From Camelus dromedarius (taxonomy: Eukaryota), in assembly GCF_036321535.1 (NCBI RefSeq), contig NC_087437.1, positions 24,926,001 to 24,990,000 of the forward strand: DNA of 64,000 nt, given 5' to 3'. The notes beneath the pieces were generated by a model, which was not told where the DNA came from, did not search any database, and worked only from the letters and a program-made list of their open reading frames with translations. The position numbers and the translations under genes are program-made. Below, in pieces: positions 36,293 to 50,247 of this stretch; position 1 is the stretch's first letter; each line of letters starts with the position of its first letter.

Positions 36293-37769
36293 ACACTGTC
36301 TTAGATTCCATTCTGTGGTGAGAGGAGGCCATTATCTGCTCTATTTTGTTTCAGCAAACTTAGTTTAACAATGAACACAAGCAACAAGCATGGAATAGTC
36401 AGGGAACATGTAACATTTTTCTGTAGAGAAAAGTACATGCCAGTTGGCAGACAGAGAATAATGGGTCTGGCCTGACCTAGATTGGGAGGAATTCAGAAGT
36501 CTGTCCTCTGGAAAGGAAGGTCCTACAGTGCTCAGAGTAGATAGGATGGGCTGAGAAAGCTTTTCACCTTTTACTTTAAAGAATGTTATAAAATGGACTG
36601 TAGCCTTTAAAAAAAAAAACCCTGTGAGGCTGGAGTTAGCAAGATTGAAAAAAGAGCCAAGTTATGAAATAAATTGTTGGCTAACTAGAGTTTGTAACAG
36701 TTAAGTAGTGAAAATAGAATTCAATTTGTACTTAGAATTTTATTTTGCTTTAAGCTGTTGCTCTGTCCAGGGTTTTAAGCAATACAGAAAGCAAAGGAAA
36801 AGATTATACATAGCAAATTAGATAATTAGATAACAGAGAATTATTTTATTGGTAAAACAGTGAAAAACACTGCATGTATGTATATAAGTAATTCATCTTT
36901 GAAATAAAACTAAAACCTGGATTCATATTACTCTGATCTTTTCATCTCTTGAAACATCACCTAATCAGGAACCCGATCTTTAGAGGAAATTAATTCACAC
37001 ACCAAAGTCACACTTTGTGCACCTTTTATGTCAGTTATGGAAAAGTCACAATCCATCTACACATACATAGTTTTGTAGTATACAGGCCAATACTGACTCA
37101 AAAAAGCAACACATAACTAATAATAGCAAAATCTTTTATATGCAACAATAAGTATTTCACATAAGAGTTCAAACCCAATCTCACAAGCAGTTTTCACAAT
37201 TTGACTTCAGTCATGTCTGCTTATCTCCCATTGGCCCAACCAAAAATATAACCAAACCCAGAGTCAGAAAATAGGGAAATACTCTGTCCACAAAACTGAG
37301 GGGAAAAGAGTGAATATTTTGAACAATAATCAATCACACAGAGCAAAGAAGAAATGTGTAACTCATTTTGTGTTTCCTTTTGGGGCAAATAATTTTGCCT
37401 AGAATGGGAACATATGCACCTGTCTGTTCTTACTTTCCTTTGGAATTAAATTATACTTCCACAGTTCTTAACCTTTTCCTTCTGCTCTAGGGTCTACTAT
37501 GAAAAGAAAATTTTAGGGAGTGGAGCTGGGGGTCTAGTTGACAAGCCATGTGTTATTCCTGTTCCCCAAGAGGTTAAGGAGAGTGGTAAAATATAATCAT
37601 GATGAATAAAAATTAGAACATAAGAATCTGAAAATTAGTTTTCAGGCAGATATAATTATGCTCATGGTATTTCATTTTGTGTTAGGCTAAAGGGAAGGCA
37701 TGACAGGTGTGGACAGCTCTCTAAACATTCCATCTACTTCTCTCCATGTCTTGACTTCTTCACAATTAA

Positions 37770-38375
37770 GCAGGCTGACCCACTCTAGCCAGTGAAATGA
37801 TTAAGTGATATCTCTCTTCCACCAGGGAAAGAAAGATGTCAGAAGAAAGAGTGTCAGCTGTCAACTGTGGTTGCTTGAGAGGACTGTCATGTACCTGATG
37901 AGCCTGTAGCCCTGAGATACACGAAGAGACAAGAGAACAGAACAGCAGTGATAGCGTTTCTGGTCTTTGGCTGTGCTTGTTGTAAGGAGACACCCTCAGG
38001 GAAGAACTGGCTGAATTCCAAGTAGAAATGAAACATTCTAGAGAAAGTCTGGAAATCCAAGGCTTTGCAGGTTCAGAAATAACAACTGCTCCTTGGCTTT
38101 TGTAAAAATAAAGATTGAAGGGACAATCTGTTGGAAATGACTGGACAAATATACTATCTGCAGTGAGGTTTCCACAGAAGCTCAGAGAGCCTCAAGGAAA
38201 CTCCCTTAAAATAAAGAGAAGGAAAGAGTTACATAAGTGAGGTCAGCAAAGGCATGTAGAACTGAAAATTATCTCCAAAAGACTGCCTTTGGTTACTATC
38301 ACATAGAACTTTCTGGAATCAATAGGTAAAAGCCTGCTACGGTTTGAAAGAGCCTGGTTGTCAAGAACCATGACC
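37770..38375 (+). mobile_element. Probable MaLR internal (MLT-int) remnant
   Basis: 'ctcagggaagaactggctgaattccaagtagaaatgaaa' resembles the MLT internal gag-like segment. Confidence 0.5.
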
Positions 38376-39037
38376 CTGATAAGTTCTAAATGTAGACATT
38401 CCTCAGTGCTTAACCCCAATCCTCTTCTCTTTTCTTTTTCTCCCTGTCTGATCTCACTCACTTTCATTGTTTCTCAGTACTATCTATTGGCCTATTCCTA
38501 TTAAGTTAGTTCTCCAATGCATTTCCTAACTAAAGTCCAAAATGTTAACTGCTGCTGCCTATATCATCTGTCCAATCAGATTTCTCACCAGCACCTTAAA
38601 TCACTGCCTCTTGCCCGAGCTCAGCAATAATCACTAACTAGGTTTCCCCCTTTTGCTCCCCTCCAATCTATTCTTCACACAGCAGCCAGGATGAGCTCTT
38701 AGAACTATGGTATGTATTGGATCATGTCTCCACCCCTGCTTAAACTTCTTCAGAGGAATTCCCATTGAGCTTAGACCATGACGGCAAAATCCCTGACAGG
38801 GACAATGGGGTCTGGAGGACCCGGTCTTTACCTTTGCTCCAACCCCCTGGCCCTGCTTGCTCTTCTCCAATCCCCCAGCCTTCCCTCTATTTCTTGAATG
38901 CCTCATCCATTCATGTGTCTCAGAACTCTGAACTCACTGCCCTCTCTCCACACTCCACCCACAATCCCTACTCATCCTTCTGGTCTTTGTCTAAATGAGA
39001 AAGCCTCACAGAGGAGCTTCACAACCGCTCTTTCTTC

Positions 39038-39671
39038 CTGGGCATATATCCAGAAAAGATGAAAACTCTAATTCAAGAAGATACATGCACCCCGGAATTC
39101 ATAGAAGTACTACGTAGTTACAATGGCCAAGACATGGAAGCAACTTAAATATCCATCAGCAGATGACTAGATAAAGAAGATGTGGTATATTTATACAATA
39201 GAATACTACTCAGCCATAAAAAGAATGGAATAATGCCATTTGCAGCAACATGGGTGGACCTGGAGATTGTCATCCTAAGTGAAATAAGCCAGACAGAGAA
39301 AGAAAAATACCATATGGTGTCATTTATATGTGGAATCTAAAAAAAAATGACACAAATGAACTTATTTACAAAATAGAAACAGACTCACAGACATAAAAAA
39401 CAAACTTATGGTTACCAAAGAGGAAGAAGGGGTGGTTGGGGAAGAGAGATAAATTAGGAGTTTGGGATTAATAGATGCACACTACTATATATATATAAAA
39501 TAGATAAAGAACGAGGACCTACTGTAGAGCATAGGAACTATAGTCAATATCTTGTAATGACCTATAATGGAAAAGAATCTGAAAAAGAATATATAAATGT
39601 ATATGTATAACCGAGTCACTTTGCTATATACATGAATCATTGTAAATTGGCTGTACCTCAATTTAAAAACA
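39038..39671 (+). mobile_element. 5'-truncated L1 (end of ORF2 plus 3' UTR) with degenerate 15-bp TSD
   Basis: 'ctgggcatatatccagaaaagatgaaaactctaattc' and 'gccatttgcagcaacatgggtggacctggagatt'; TSD aaccgctctttcttc (39023-39037) versus aatcactctttcttc (39672-39686). Confidence 0.92.
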
Positions 39672-39879
39672 AATCACTCTTTCTTCTGATCTAAATTGGG
39701 TCTGCCCTAGCATACTCTCCCAAGGCACTCTCTCTTTCCCCTTACAGCACTTACCATTATTTGTAATTATATATTTATGTATGCGTTTGGCTTCTCTGGT
39801 TAAATGTAACCTGGCAGGAAAGGAGCCCCTTGGCTCGACATCTATCCTTGCACCCTCTAACAGCCTGCCTGCATTCCAG

Positions 39880-40418
39880 GGGTAGAAAGTTAATAGAAGT
39901 TAATAGACTTCTTTACATCTAGCATCATGCACGTGAATTATGCTCCATCTATGAAATACACTCATGTGAAATTTGGACATGAAGCAGAATCCATCTTTCC
40001 GCTGTTTCAGGCGGTTTGCTGCTGTCAAGCCAGATACTGAAGACACAGGTGTTTCTGCAGCATTGTCCAAGGGTCCAGTCTCTGGCTTGGTGGGTGTTTA
40101 GAAGCAGGTGCAGCTGAGCGGGGGCCAGGATGCCAGTCATCATTAAGAAGTGACAGTGGAAGATTCACCCGTGGCTTGTTGCCTCCGATCTGCAGCTACA
40201 CGAATGAGTTTGATCTCAGTGATTCAGGGTGGCCTCCTCACTCCCTGCCTTTCTGACTGTACTCATCCCTCATGAGCCAGTTCTCTGGTGCTCTGTGAGA
40301 TCTAGACTGGAATCCACTGTTCCGACTTCTCTTGTGATTTTGGAATCATTGAAGTCCTTTTCTGCTTACAGTAGCAGAGGTTTCTGTTTTCTTCACTAAT
40401 CCCTCACTAATATAACCA
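39880..40418 (+). mobile_element. Probable ERVL LTR (LTR40/41-like)
   Basis: GC-richer block with 'ctcatgtgaaatttgga' and an LTR-type end 'tttctgcttacagtagcagaggtttctgttt...cactaatata'. Confidence 0.5.
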
Positions 40419-42029
40419 GTGACAATTTTTGCATTGTTCACCCCTCTTTATCCACTGCCTAAGACAAGGTCAGTCAAAATGTAGCCGGACATTGAATGCA
40501 TCATTGGAGCAGTTAATGACGTTTCGTGGCTACGTCTTTGGAAGTGTCTTTAAATTACAATGAGTCCCTGGACTCCATCTCTCTCCCTCGGTAAAATCTG
40601 TTCCTCCTCAGTCTTGTGGCAGATATTCAACATGATCTCATTTAAAAAAGGTTTTGTATAACATTTTTAATTTAATGACAAGTATTTGCTGCTAGCTCTT
40701 TAAAAAGATACATTTTCAAAATCTCCTTCAGAGTAAAAAATGTGTCAGTATGTGACATATTTATTTTTATTTTATTAGGCTTTTCTCTAAGCAAATGTAT
40801 AGACTGTAAAATAAATCAACTCGGTGTGCTTTACAACTTGCCAAGGATACACTATTTTGCTGAGTGTGGCAATCTTTGCAATTTTGTAACATATTAAAGC
40901 TTGTGGCCGTATATTTATACAATTAAAATTTAGATAGCATCTCTGCTTATAATTTTTATGTTTATCAAAAAAACCGATAGATGAAAGTTTTTTAATAAGA
41001 AATGCAGTATCGAGAAACATAGTAACATGGCCTGAATTACAGCATCGGGGTGAAGAGTGTTAGTTGGAGGAAAGTCCTGGAGGTTGAGGAAGAGAAAGTT
41101 TGAGGTGGCCAACACATAAAAAAGATCACACCCTCAAACACCATTAAATAATAATGTAATTGTGCAAACTGCACGTCCAAATCTGGTTCTTTATCTTTAG
41201 GAAAGAGATCATTACATTTCTCATTCAATTTCATTGTTGTGGTATATGGAGCATTCAAAAAATATTAAGTACTGTTATTGGTTATGACTATTATTACACT
41301 AGACAGTAACTTTTTAAAATACATTTTTGCATTCTTATTATCCACAAACCAAGATGAAAATAATACACTAGAGAAAACATAGAGAATTTTTAAATCTCTT
41401 GATCTTAAAATCAGTTTCTCAAAAACAGGGATTGTATTAAAGTTCTTAAAGAAAGCTATTAGAGAAGTTTTGAATAATGACTTTTTCCTCTGAGAGGAAC
41501 TGTGCCTGCTCTTCATAAAAACCCAATGTCTGGTTTTGGAAGTAAGCATGTTCTGTTTTACACTGTTGATCACATTTAGTTAAAATGTAAGCAAGACACT
41601 TGAAATTTCAAAAACAAACTATATGCTAATAAGTAAGTTGTGTCCAATCCCTAAATAGCGATCTAACACAATTTTCTGAGTTTGATCAGTTTTTCTGATT
41701 ACAACAATAGTATCCTAAAGAATACATGGCATGCCAATTTTTTGCTCATTCCAGAGATTTTAGGCTCATTTAGACGTCTTGGATAAAGAAAAATCTTTGT
41801 GAAAGTTTTAGGAGTAAAACGAAATTAGAACAAGAGGAAAAGTTAGTGGGGTTAATTTTTTAGAGATCTATCCTGATTTATGAAATACATAGAAAATAAG
41901 AGTAGTTTTAAGGAATTAACATGCAGATGTAAGTGTGCACGTGTTCTGATTATAATAGGAATCCTTTCAAATTGGAAACAAGTTGTAAAATGCAACAAAT
42001 TAATTGCAAAGAGTATATGATTTGGTCCC

Positions 42030-42330
42030 TTCCTGCCTCTCTTTCTCATCCACAGTGTTCCAGGCAGACTAGCCTCCACTCAGTTTTAGGAGGGTCTTCA
42101 TGTACCATTCTTCTGGCTGGAATGTTCCTCCCACTGCTACTCCCATGTCTGACTTTAAGATTCAGGTTATATGTCTCTAGGAGACTTTCCCCAATACTTG
42201 ATGTTAAGTAGTTGCACCATCAATCTTCGTTTGGCTTCCCTTAAGGCACTTAACACCTGTCTCATACACTTGTTTATTTCTAGGGTAGAAGCTCCATTAG
42301 GGCAAAGATCACATCTGTGTCACTGACCAA
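42030..42330 (+). mobile_element. L2 fragment
   Basis: 'ttcttctggctggaatgttcctccc' and 'gtagaagctccattagggcaaagatcacatctgtg'. Confidence 0.65.
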
Positions 42331-42789
42331 CCTCTGTGAGATACGCTTCCTGGATTAGTATTTCATTCTTCTTCTCTAGAAACAACAATGAAAAAAAAAA
42401 AAAATACCCCTGCAGAAGGGCTTCTACTGCCCCCTACTACCTTGGTCATGACAGGTCACTTTAGGACTCAGTCTTTTTTATGCCATTGGTCCCCTCTGAC
42501 TCCCAAGTGTCACATATCACAAGTGCAGGCAAATCCGTGCGTGCTCTTTAACTGAATAGAAAAAATGATCTAAAATTATCTCAAACACGTAGACACTAGT
42601 TACCATTACAAGAGGTCAGGGTTGATTTGGGCAGCAAAGAGCTTCATAGCAAGACACACATGGCTCCTCACAGCTGGCCCAGCCTCTGCCTCCCACCACT
42701 CATTCGTGTACAGCCTAACATTTTTTATGTGCTGCAGACATATTTTATATGTTTATACATTTTGATTCCTCTCTCGGGAGCAATACTAA

Positions 42790-42995
42790 TTTTAGCTAAT
42801 ACTTATAGAACACTAGCAGTGCCAGGAATTACACCAATCACTTTCCGTTGTTTAATTTAATCCTCACATGATCTGATGAGGTAGACTTTATTCATCTGGT
42901 TTTACTGGTGGGTTAAATAGCACAGCCAAAGTCACCCAGCTAGTAGGTAGGAAGCCAGGTAAGCTCAGTTCATCTGCCTTGAGCACCTCTACTTC
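42790..42995 (-). mobile_element. MIR SINE
   Basis: 'agctaatacttatagaacact', 'tttaatcctcac', 'aaagtcacccagctagtagg'. Confidence 0.75.
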
Positions 42996-43174
42996 AAAAC
43001 TCGGTGCCTGACCCACCTCTTCCAAAACCAACTTAAACCGCATTTCACCATCAACTTCCTGTTTCTGTCTACATATCCTCCCCAATTCTAATCTTTCAAA
43101 AATTCACTTTGTATTAGACTCTACTGGTGCTTCGTCACTACAATGTCATCAGTTTTGCATATATGCCTCTGAGA

Positions 43175-43295
43175 TATTCTATGCAAGGCAGGGACCAAGA
43201 TTTTTTTTTTTCTATTTTAATTCCAAGAACCCATTAAGTTGCATGGCTTATAGTACACGGTCAATAAAGATTTGTTCATTAAATGAGTGAATTAT
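43175..43295 (+). mobile_element. L2 3' end
   Basis: 'atgcaaggcagggacca' and 'atagtacacggtcaataaagatttgttcattaaatgagtgaa'. Confidence 0.6.
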
Positions 43296-44319
43296 TATTC
43301 TGATTTAGCCTCTCATCTGAAATATGTCAAAAGGATCCCATTAAGGTAGATTTTCGAATTTGGTGGCAAATAGTAGGCAGAAATTGCTGTTCCTGTGATG
43401 AACAGCCAGCATCTGATCAAATAAACCATCACTATATTCCATTGGAAAACAATTTTTTTTTCATTAGAAAAAGTCACAGCATGTCGCATTGCTCTTAAGT
43501 AAAAGTTAAATAAAGTAGTTAGTTCAGCTGGTTGGAAAATGTGCTTCAAGTTTAAAACCACATATCATTGTTTATACAGATGATTATTTGGGACGAACTT
43601 CAATAGAATTATACTTTGCTAGCAAAGCAGGCAGCTTTGGCAATAGCACACAGTGATCAGCAAGAGTGACTCAGATTTTCCAACTGAGATCAATGGATCC
43701 TAATCCATGAACACAGACCTAACTATCACCTGATAGAAAAAGATGACGATAGAAATGCGGAAAAAGAAAAGTACGGGGTATTCAGATCTAAGGGATTTTT
43801 TTCATTTTATAATCCCTTTTCATACTCTACAGGAAAGCAGTATAATTTTAGATTTTCAATTAGTTTACCCTAGGTATTAAATAAAAAATATCTCTTGTGA
43901 GTAATGTAAATTATTTGTGTTCACCTACTTCAAGCTGCTCTTTATGGAATTTGCTGTTTAAAAGTCCCTGGCAGTATCTTAGCAATAAGCTATTTTAAAA
44001 TGTCAACAAATAACTTCATTTGGGGATGGATTATAATCATGCCAGTAAATCAGATCCCTGCTAGATATTTACATTTTAAAGGGCAATCCAGTGAATTAGC
44101 CACAAAAACTATCCACAATAGACTATATTCAACTAAAAATAAGCAGTTCAAATACCTGGAAAAAAGCACATGGAGGTAAACATGACAGTGTCCTTTATAA
44201 AAATAAGGTTCAGAATGTGTTCTTCTTCAGTTTCATCACAGTACTTGTAACTATGCACTTGTTATTTTATTCTACGTCTTTAAATTTATTGTGCAGCCGG
44301 TAGTAAGTTATAAATTACA

Positions 44320-44612
44320 TTGTGCTAATGTAGACTGAGAAAGGAATCTAGGAGTTACATTTGGGCCCATAACATGCAGTCTGTGGTCTCCTTTGTTTTT
44401 GTTTTTGTTTTCCCTCCTTTCTTTCCTTCCTTGGACATCTTTTTCTTCTATTTCCTTAACTTTCTGAATCTATTGATTTTTTTTTCTTACTCTAAGATTT
44501 GTAAATCTCTTGAGGATAGAATTGCAGCTTATTTTCCTTTATATCCCAGGACTCAGTCAAAGTGTGAATTATGTTCCAAATAAATATTTCTTGAGTGACT
44601 GAATGAATGAAA
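44320..44612 (+). mobile_element. MIR/L2 3' remnant
   Basis: 'gattt gtaaatctcttgaggatag' and 'aataaatatttcttgagtgactgaatgaatga'. Confidence 0.6.
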
Positions 44613-44849
44613 AGACCAACACTTGGAAAGATCACTTCATAGCGTACCTAACTGAAAAAAACTGGATGAATCCTATTTAGAGCATCATTAGTCAAAGTGA
44701 CACAGTCAAGTTGATTGCTATATCATGCTTCTAACTGCTAATAGTTTTTACATCTAATGCTCTTCTTCTAGATAGCATAATAATGATGTGAAAGCAATTA
44801 TACAACTTTGCTGAGCACATTACTGTAGACACAAACACAGAGGTATACT

Positions 44850-45120
44850 CCTTCTGGATGGAAAACTCATGTTGTAGAAAATGTCAATTCTCCACAAATT
44901 AATCTATACATTTAATGCATTTCTCAAGGTTTTATAACAAGATGTTTAATTTTTGGAACTTGAAGGGCAATGTTAGAGTTGAAAGGGAACATGTAATTCC
45001 TAAGAATACTTTGAAAGAAAAAAATAGAACGAGGAGGAATACTGTACCTCTTGAGTAGCCTATCATAAGGAACCAGTAAGTTAAATAATATGATATTACC
45101 ATAGAGTTGTCAAGAGCGGA
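44850..45120 (+). mobile_element. Old L1 ORF2 fragment
   Basis: 'tggatggaaaactcatgttgtagaaaatgtcaattctccacaaattaatctatacatttaatgca'. Confidence 0.65.
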
Positions 45121-45184
45121 AGCAGCAGAGGGACTGTCACGATAGCCCTGTTGGCACCCCCCTCTCTGAGTCCCCACATCCTTA

Positions 45185-47620
45185 CCAATTTGCTTGATCT
45201 ATCAGTTTTTGCCGTGTGTGAAAATAATCCACTATCAGTGTAGATTAGTTTATTTCTCTTTGTACGTCTGTCAGTTATTGCTTTATATAGTTTGAAGCTA
45301 TGTTTTTTAATGCGTATTTTTGTAATGATTATGGTTTTATCAATATGTAAAATTTTTATTTTTCTTAATGCTCTTTTGTTTAAATTCTATTTGATTGATA
45401 TTAATATTGCTATACTACTTTGTGGAATAATATGTAAAGCATATCATTTTCTATCACTTTATAGTCAGTCCTTATGTGTGGTTTTGCTTTAAGAGTGTTT
45501 CTTATAAGCGCAACATAGTTGATTTTATTTTCCTTTTTAATTTCCAAATTGATAATCTCTTTAATAGAACAGCTTTGCCCATTTAACTTTAATGTGATTA
45601 CTGGCAGATTTAGAGTTATTCCAGCCATTTTATTTTGTGTTATCCTGTTACCATCCTTTCTGTTTTATATATTAAAAATATACAACATATTCATAAATAT
45701 TTCACATATAATTTACTATACATTTTATATGTTTTTTCTATACTGATTGGGAAACTATAGATTTTTAATCTATATTCGTTTAGGAATTACTTTTAGATTT
45801 TTAAGATACATGCTATTTACATTCAATAGATTTTTATCCTTCCAAACACAATAAAACCTTTAGCATGCCTTACATTCCCATTTAACAACCTCTACCCCCA
45901 TGATATTAGTGTTGTCAGAGTTGTACTTTTGCCAATCAAACAAAAATGATTTAACATTAGATTCAATAGTTAATATTTAATAAGTTCAGACCTGTACTGT
46001 CAATGTTAACACACACTATCATTTCACATATTTAACACCTTTCATCAGTATTTACTTTTACTTTACCAGAAGTCCATCCTTCAATAATTATTTGAGTGAC
46101 AGCCTTTATTTGTTTTTATATGTTTGCAAATACTGGGTTTTTTTTCTTATTCCTAAAGGAGAATTTGGCTAGGAATGAAATTCTGTGTTGACAGATACAT
46201 TCCCTCTATGACAGAAGGTAGAACTCTGTTAACTTCTGGCATAAATCAATGCCAAGCAATTCTGACAAAGAAATGTTGCTGTTAGTTTAAATGTCATTCC
46301 TTTGTAAGAAAAATATTTTCCCTCTTTTTCCCTCTGGCAGTTTTCAGATCATTTGTTTGTAATGATGTTCTGGGGTCCAATTATAAGGTATCTAGTTATG
46401 GTTCTATTTTTTTTATTCTGCTCATATTTGGAGTATAATTTTAATTCTGGAAAGTTGTCAGTAATTACCTCTCCAAATCATGATTTTTTTCTTCCATTTT
46501 CTCCAATCTGTTCTTCTGGAACTCTTTTTAGATTAACAGTGAAGCATTACAATTTAACCATGATGTTTCTCAATTGTTCTTCACATCTTTATGTGTGTAA
46601 CTGTCTATGGTACCATATTCCAGGTTACTAACTTTTTTCCTGACCATATCCATTCTTAAATTTATCTCATCTATTGCATTGCTTTTAATTGAATAATTAT
46701 GCTTTTTATTCTTAAGAATTTAAATTTAAAATTTTAAACTTATATTTTATTATCTTTTATTATTCTTTTGACCATTTTGTTTCATAAACTGTCATTGATT
46801 TTAAAAGAATTGATGTATACATTCATTTTTTTTTTGGAAATTTGTAGCATATTTATTTTAAAGTATTTGTTTAATTGTTCTATAGATCTAAACTTGTCTG
46901 GAATGAATTCCCTTTCCTATCATTTTTTTTGTTGTCCTATTTCATTTTTAGCATTCAGGCTTTTTTTTTTTTTTTTTTTTTTTTGGATTTTAGAATTTGC
47001 ATTTGCAGATTGCCTTATATTTGTTTCTTCCCATCAGTTCCCCTTTTTGCCTACCCCTCCCTGCCCTTACAAGTTTTGCACTTGCCTCTATTCAGCTCTC
47101 TGTGTCCCCAATCTAAGACAAAGGTCTTTAAAAGCATTTTAGAGCACATGGTAACATTAAAGATTCGCAGATTCAGCCTCAGATTCAGCAGGCAGTTTGC
47201 CTCATATCCAGATTGACAGCTATGCATTCTTAGGTCTACAGTTCCCCAAAACCAAGGACTTTGGACACTATGAATTGGCAGGAGACATTTTCAGCCTCCT
47301 TTAAAATTAAAAGAGCTGCACTAAGTCATTGGCCACATCAGTGAGCCTAATTCCAGCTTCCTGTATAAAGCGGGCACTTGTTTCTTTTGACCTGTAGGGG
47401 CCAGTTCCTGACCACCACTTCCTGCTTCAGGACTCAGCCCAGAAGCCCAGCTAGAGTCCTGATTATCATATTACACCTATGACCCATTTCTGGTCTGAAA
47501 AAATGTTTGAACCTTTATCTGAGCCAAATATATCTTTTTTACTTATTTTTTCCCCTCTCTCTTTTTAAAGAATTTTATCCATCACTGCTCTGTTTTTGGA
47601 AAAGAGGGTTTTTGACCTAG
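45185..47620 (-). mobile_element. Old L1ME-like fragment (endonuclease start, ORF1 and upstream region) in antisense
   Basis: T-rich plus strand: 'ccatttaactttaatgtgattactgg', 'gaatttggctaggaatgaaattctgtgttgacag', 'ttctggaaagttgtcagtaattacctctccaaat'. Confidence 0.7.
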
Positions 47621-49658
47621 AATTTGTCACTCTTTCTGTAAAACAACCATTACGTAGATAGGCAGGGCTGGGAAAGTCAGAAACTAGTAGGTGCCCTATT
47701 TTAGTAATTTTACACTTAAGATATTGTAGAAATAGAAGTAATTTTCCAATATTTCAGAAAAAGTTGAATGAAGAAGCAAGGCTAGATCTCAGGTCTTTAT
47801 ATTCCCATCCCAAACCCTGTTTTTCTTACAGCATCTTTTTTTCCCCTTAGTCTTATTCTATTCTATTTATTTAAAAAATTGAGGTAGATCTTTATTTGAA
47901 AATTAAAAATAAATATTTTTTATTTAATATTATTTAAAATGTTTATATTTGAGCCTGCACTATTGTCTGTCTGATAGCTTAATGGTTGCAGATCATTTTC
48001 CCTCAGTCTCCAGGTCAGGCCTTATGAAGAGCTGAAACCCATCACCTCATACCATCTGTCCACTGAATGGCTATGGGAAACAGCCCAGAATAACTTCTTG
48101 ACCTTTGTTCACAGCATCACTTAGAACAAGCTTATGGTGGGGTATATTCTTGTTCATGCATTCATGCATTGAATGAATAATTCATGAGTAACAGTTACAC
48201 AACTATCTTCAGTTTGCCAGGGAGGACTTGGTGCACTGTCCACTTTAGCATCTGTCTTAGACAAAAGCATCTGGATTTGATTGATAAACTGTATGTGTCC
48301 CCTAAATAAATACCAGCACTGATCTGGATGCTGTGGCTGCTTGAGTGACTCAGACAAACAAAACCTCCTGCCTCTCTCTTTAGTCTCCAGACACTTCAAG
48401 CACAGTTACTGTAAATGGAGAGGTGGTGGGATTCTCAGATAAGAGATGGTTACTGCTTTCTCTACTCAAAGAGTATAAATAAGTAAAAAATAAGGAAATA
48501 CCCTGATAAAGTTTAAAATATTGTGATCTATTAAATGTAAAAATTACAGGGTGAGCACCCCTCCCCTACGTTTTGAGTGTATGTCTTGGATCCTTTATGT
48601 TTTTATTTCTTTGAATATTTTGCTAATATGAAATGTCTAAATGTGAAGCGCTTCGGGGACCTAGGCTTTCTCTACACACACACACACACACACTCACACA
48701 CTCATGCAAGGACTCTGCCTATAATGGTGTATTTTGGGGTCATAGCAGTAAAGTGGTATTTTTTTTCATTTTCTCCTTTTCTTAGAGTAAATGCATTTTA
48801 TAGCAGTTCTTTATTCACGCATTTAGGCTGATTGGAAGCACAAAAATATTTAAACATAAATATTCATATGTAAATAAAGGTATGTTATTTTATATATGAA
48901 GTTGCCCATTAACCATTAGATTTTGGCATTCAAATTTCTAACCAAAGAGGGAGAAAAATTTCTATCATTTTGGACAGGGAAGATACAAATATCTTCAGAA
49001 ACTTAGACTCTAGACAAGACTACCTGCTGAAGGTTCTCCATCAGGGAACAGTGCTCCCTTGGACAGGTACAGGCAGAGGCAGAATGGATTTCCTCCCACT
49101 ATGGGTCCCAACCCTTCATTAAGGGACAAAACCAAGTTCATTGTCATGGGAAGTCATAGCCAATTATAAGTGCATCAGCACCATCTCTGCCGCTCACTTT
49201 TCCAGCTCAATCTTTGTGAGAAGGCATTGCCTGAGAAAGGTTTACATATGTGCTTGCTGACTTTGTAATCTTAAACAGATTAACAGTCATTGGAAATGAT
49301 TCAGGATTGCCTCTGGTAACAGTCATGACTCATATTATTCATTTATTCTCTCTCTTACTTGTTTGTTTATGATCCATACCAAAAATTTGGCAGAAAATCT
49401 TGACCAGACATACAACGGCCAAGCTGTTTTCTTTTATCTTTAGATTTTACAAATTACTTGAGTTGATTCTAATGAAAAGGGTGGAGAAGAAAGAATCTAG
49501 GAAATATCGCATCTGTAGTTACTTCTTGAGGATAAACTGTTAAACAGCTGAAACAGCTTGAAATGACTTGGCCGTCTTTATTCATGAGGCAATTGGGTCT
49601 ACACCTGACTTCCATCAAGAATGTCTAGACATTTAGGGGCTAAGCATTCACCACTTTC

Positions 49659-49808
49659 ACAGTATAGCACAAGGAACTATATTCAATAGCTTGTAATAAC
49701 CATAATGAAAAAGAATATGAGAAAGAATGTATATCTGTAACTGAATCACTAAGCTGTACACCAGAAATTAACACAAACTTGTAAATAAACTATATATCAA
49801 TCAAAAAG
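49659..49808 (+). mobile_element. Short L1 3' terminus
   Basis: 'agtatagcacaaggaactatattcaatagcttgtaataacc...aactgaatcactaagctgtacaccagaaattaacac...caatcaaaaa'. Confidence 0.88.
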
Positions 49809-50247
49809 TATATCACCAAAATTCAGTAGCACTCTTTTATTTTCAACAAAGCTTCAAAACAATCAGCTGTGTTAGCCAATCAAAACCTACAGAATGCAAT
49901 TACTTTAAGGTAGTATTAACAGCAAAATTGTCATTAAAATGTGATGCCTCACATGGGATGATCTTAGGGACTCCTTTAAATACACTTTACACGATGATTT
50001 CACCTGGAAGAAATCTGTTCCTATCCTTAACCACTATGACACACTGTGTCCACCAGTCAAGTTGCACATCTTTTGGTCGTCTTCTCATACATGTGTCCTA
50101 TACCACTAATTAGACCATGAGTCTGAAGTTTAAAACACAAGGTCCCTAACAGGAAAATCTGCTATGTGTGTGCTTAATATTTGTTACTATTTTATTTCCA
50201 GAATAGAAGGTAACTAAAAACTCAAGATGATCAAAAAAGCCTAGATT

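Larger units (their letters stand above)
38380..40520 (+). mobile_element. L2 fragment interrupted by an L1 and an LTR
   Basis: L2 motifs: 'ctccaatctattcttcacacagcagccagga' (38660), 'ctactcatccttctggtct' (38970), 'acagcacttaccattatttgtaattat' (39745), 3' end near 40430-40520. Confidence 0.7.
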
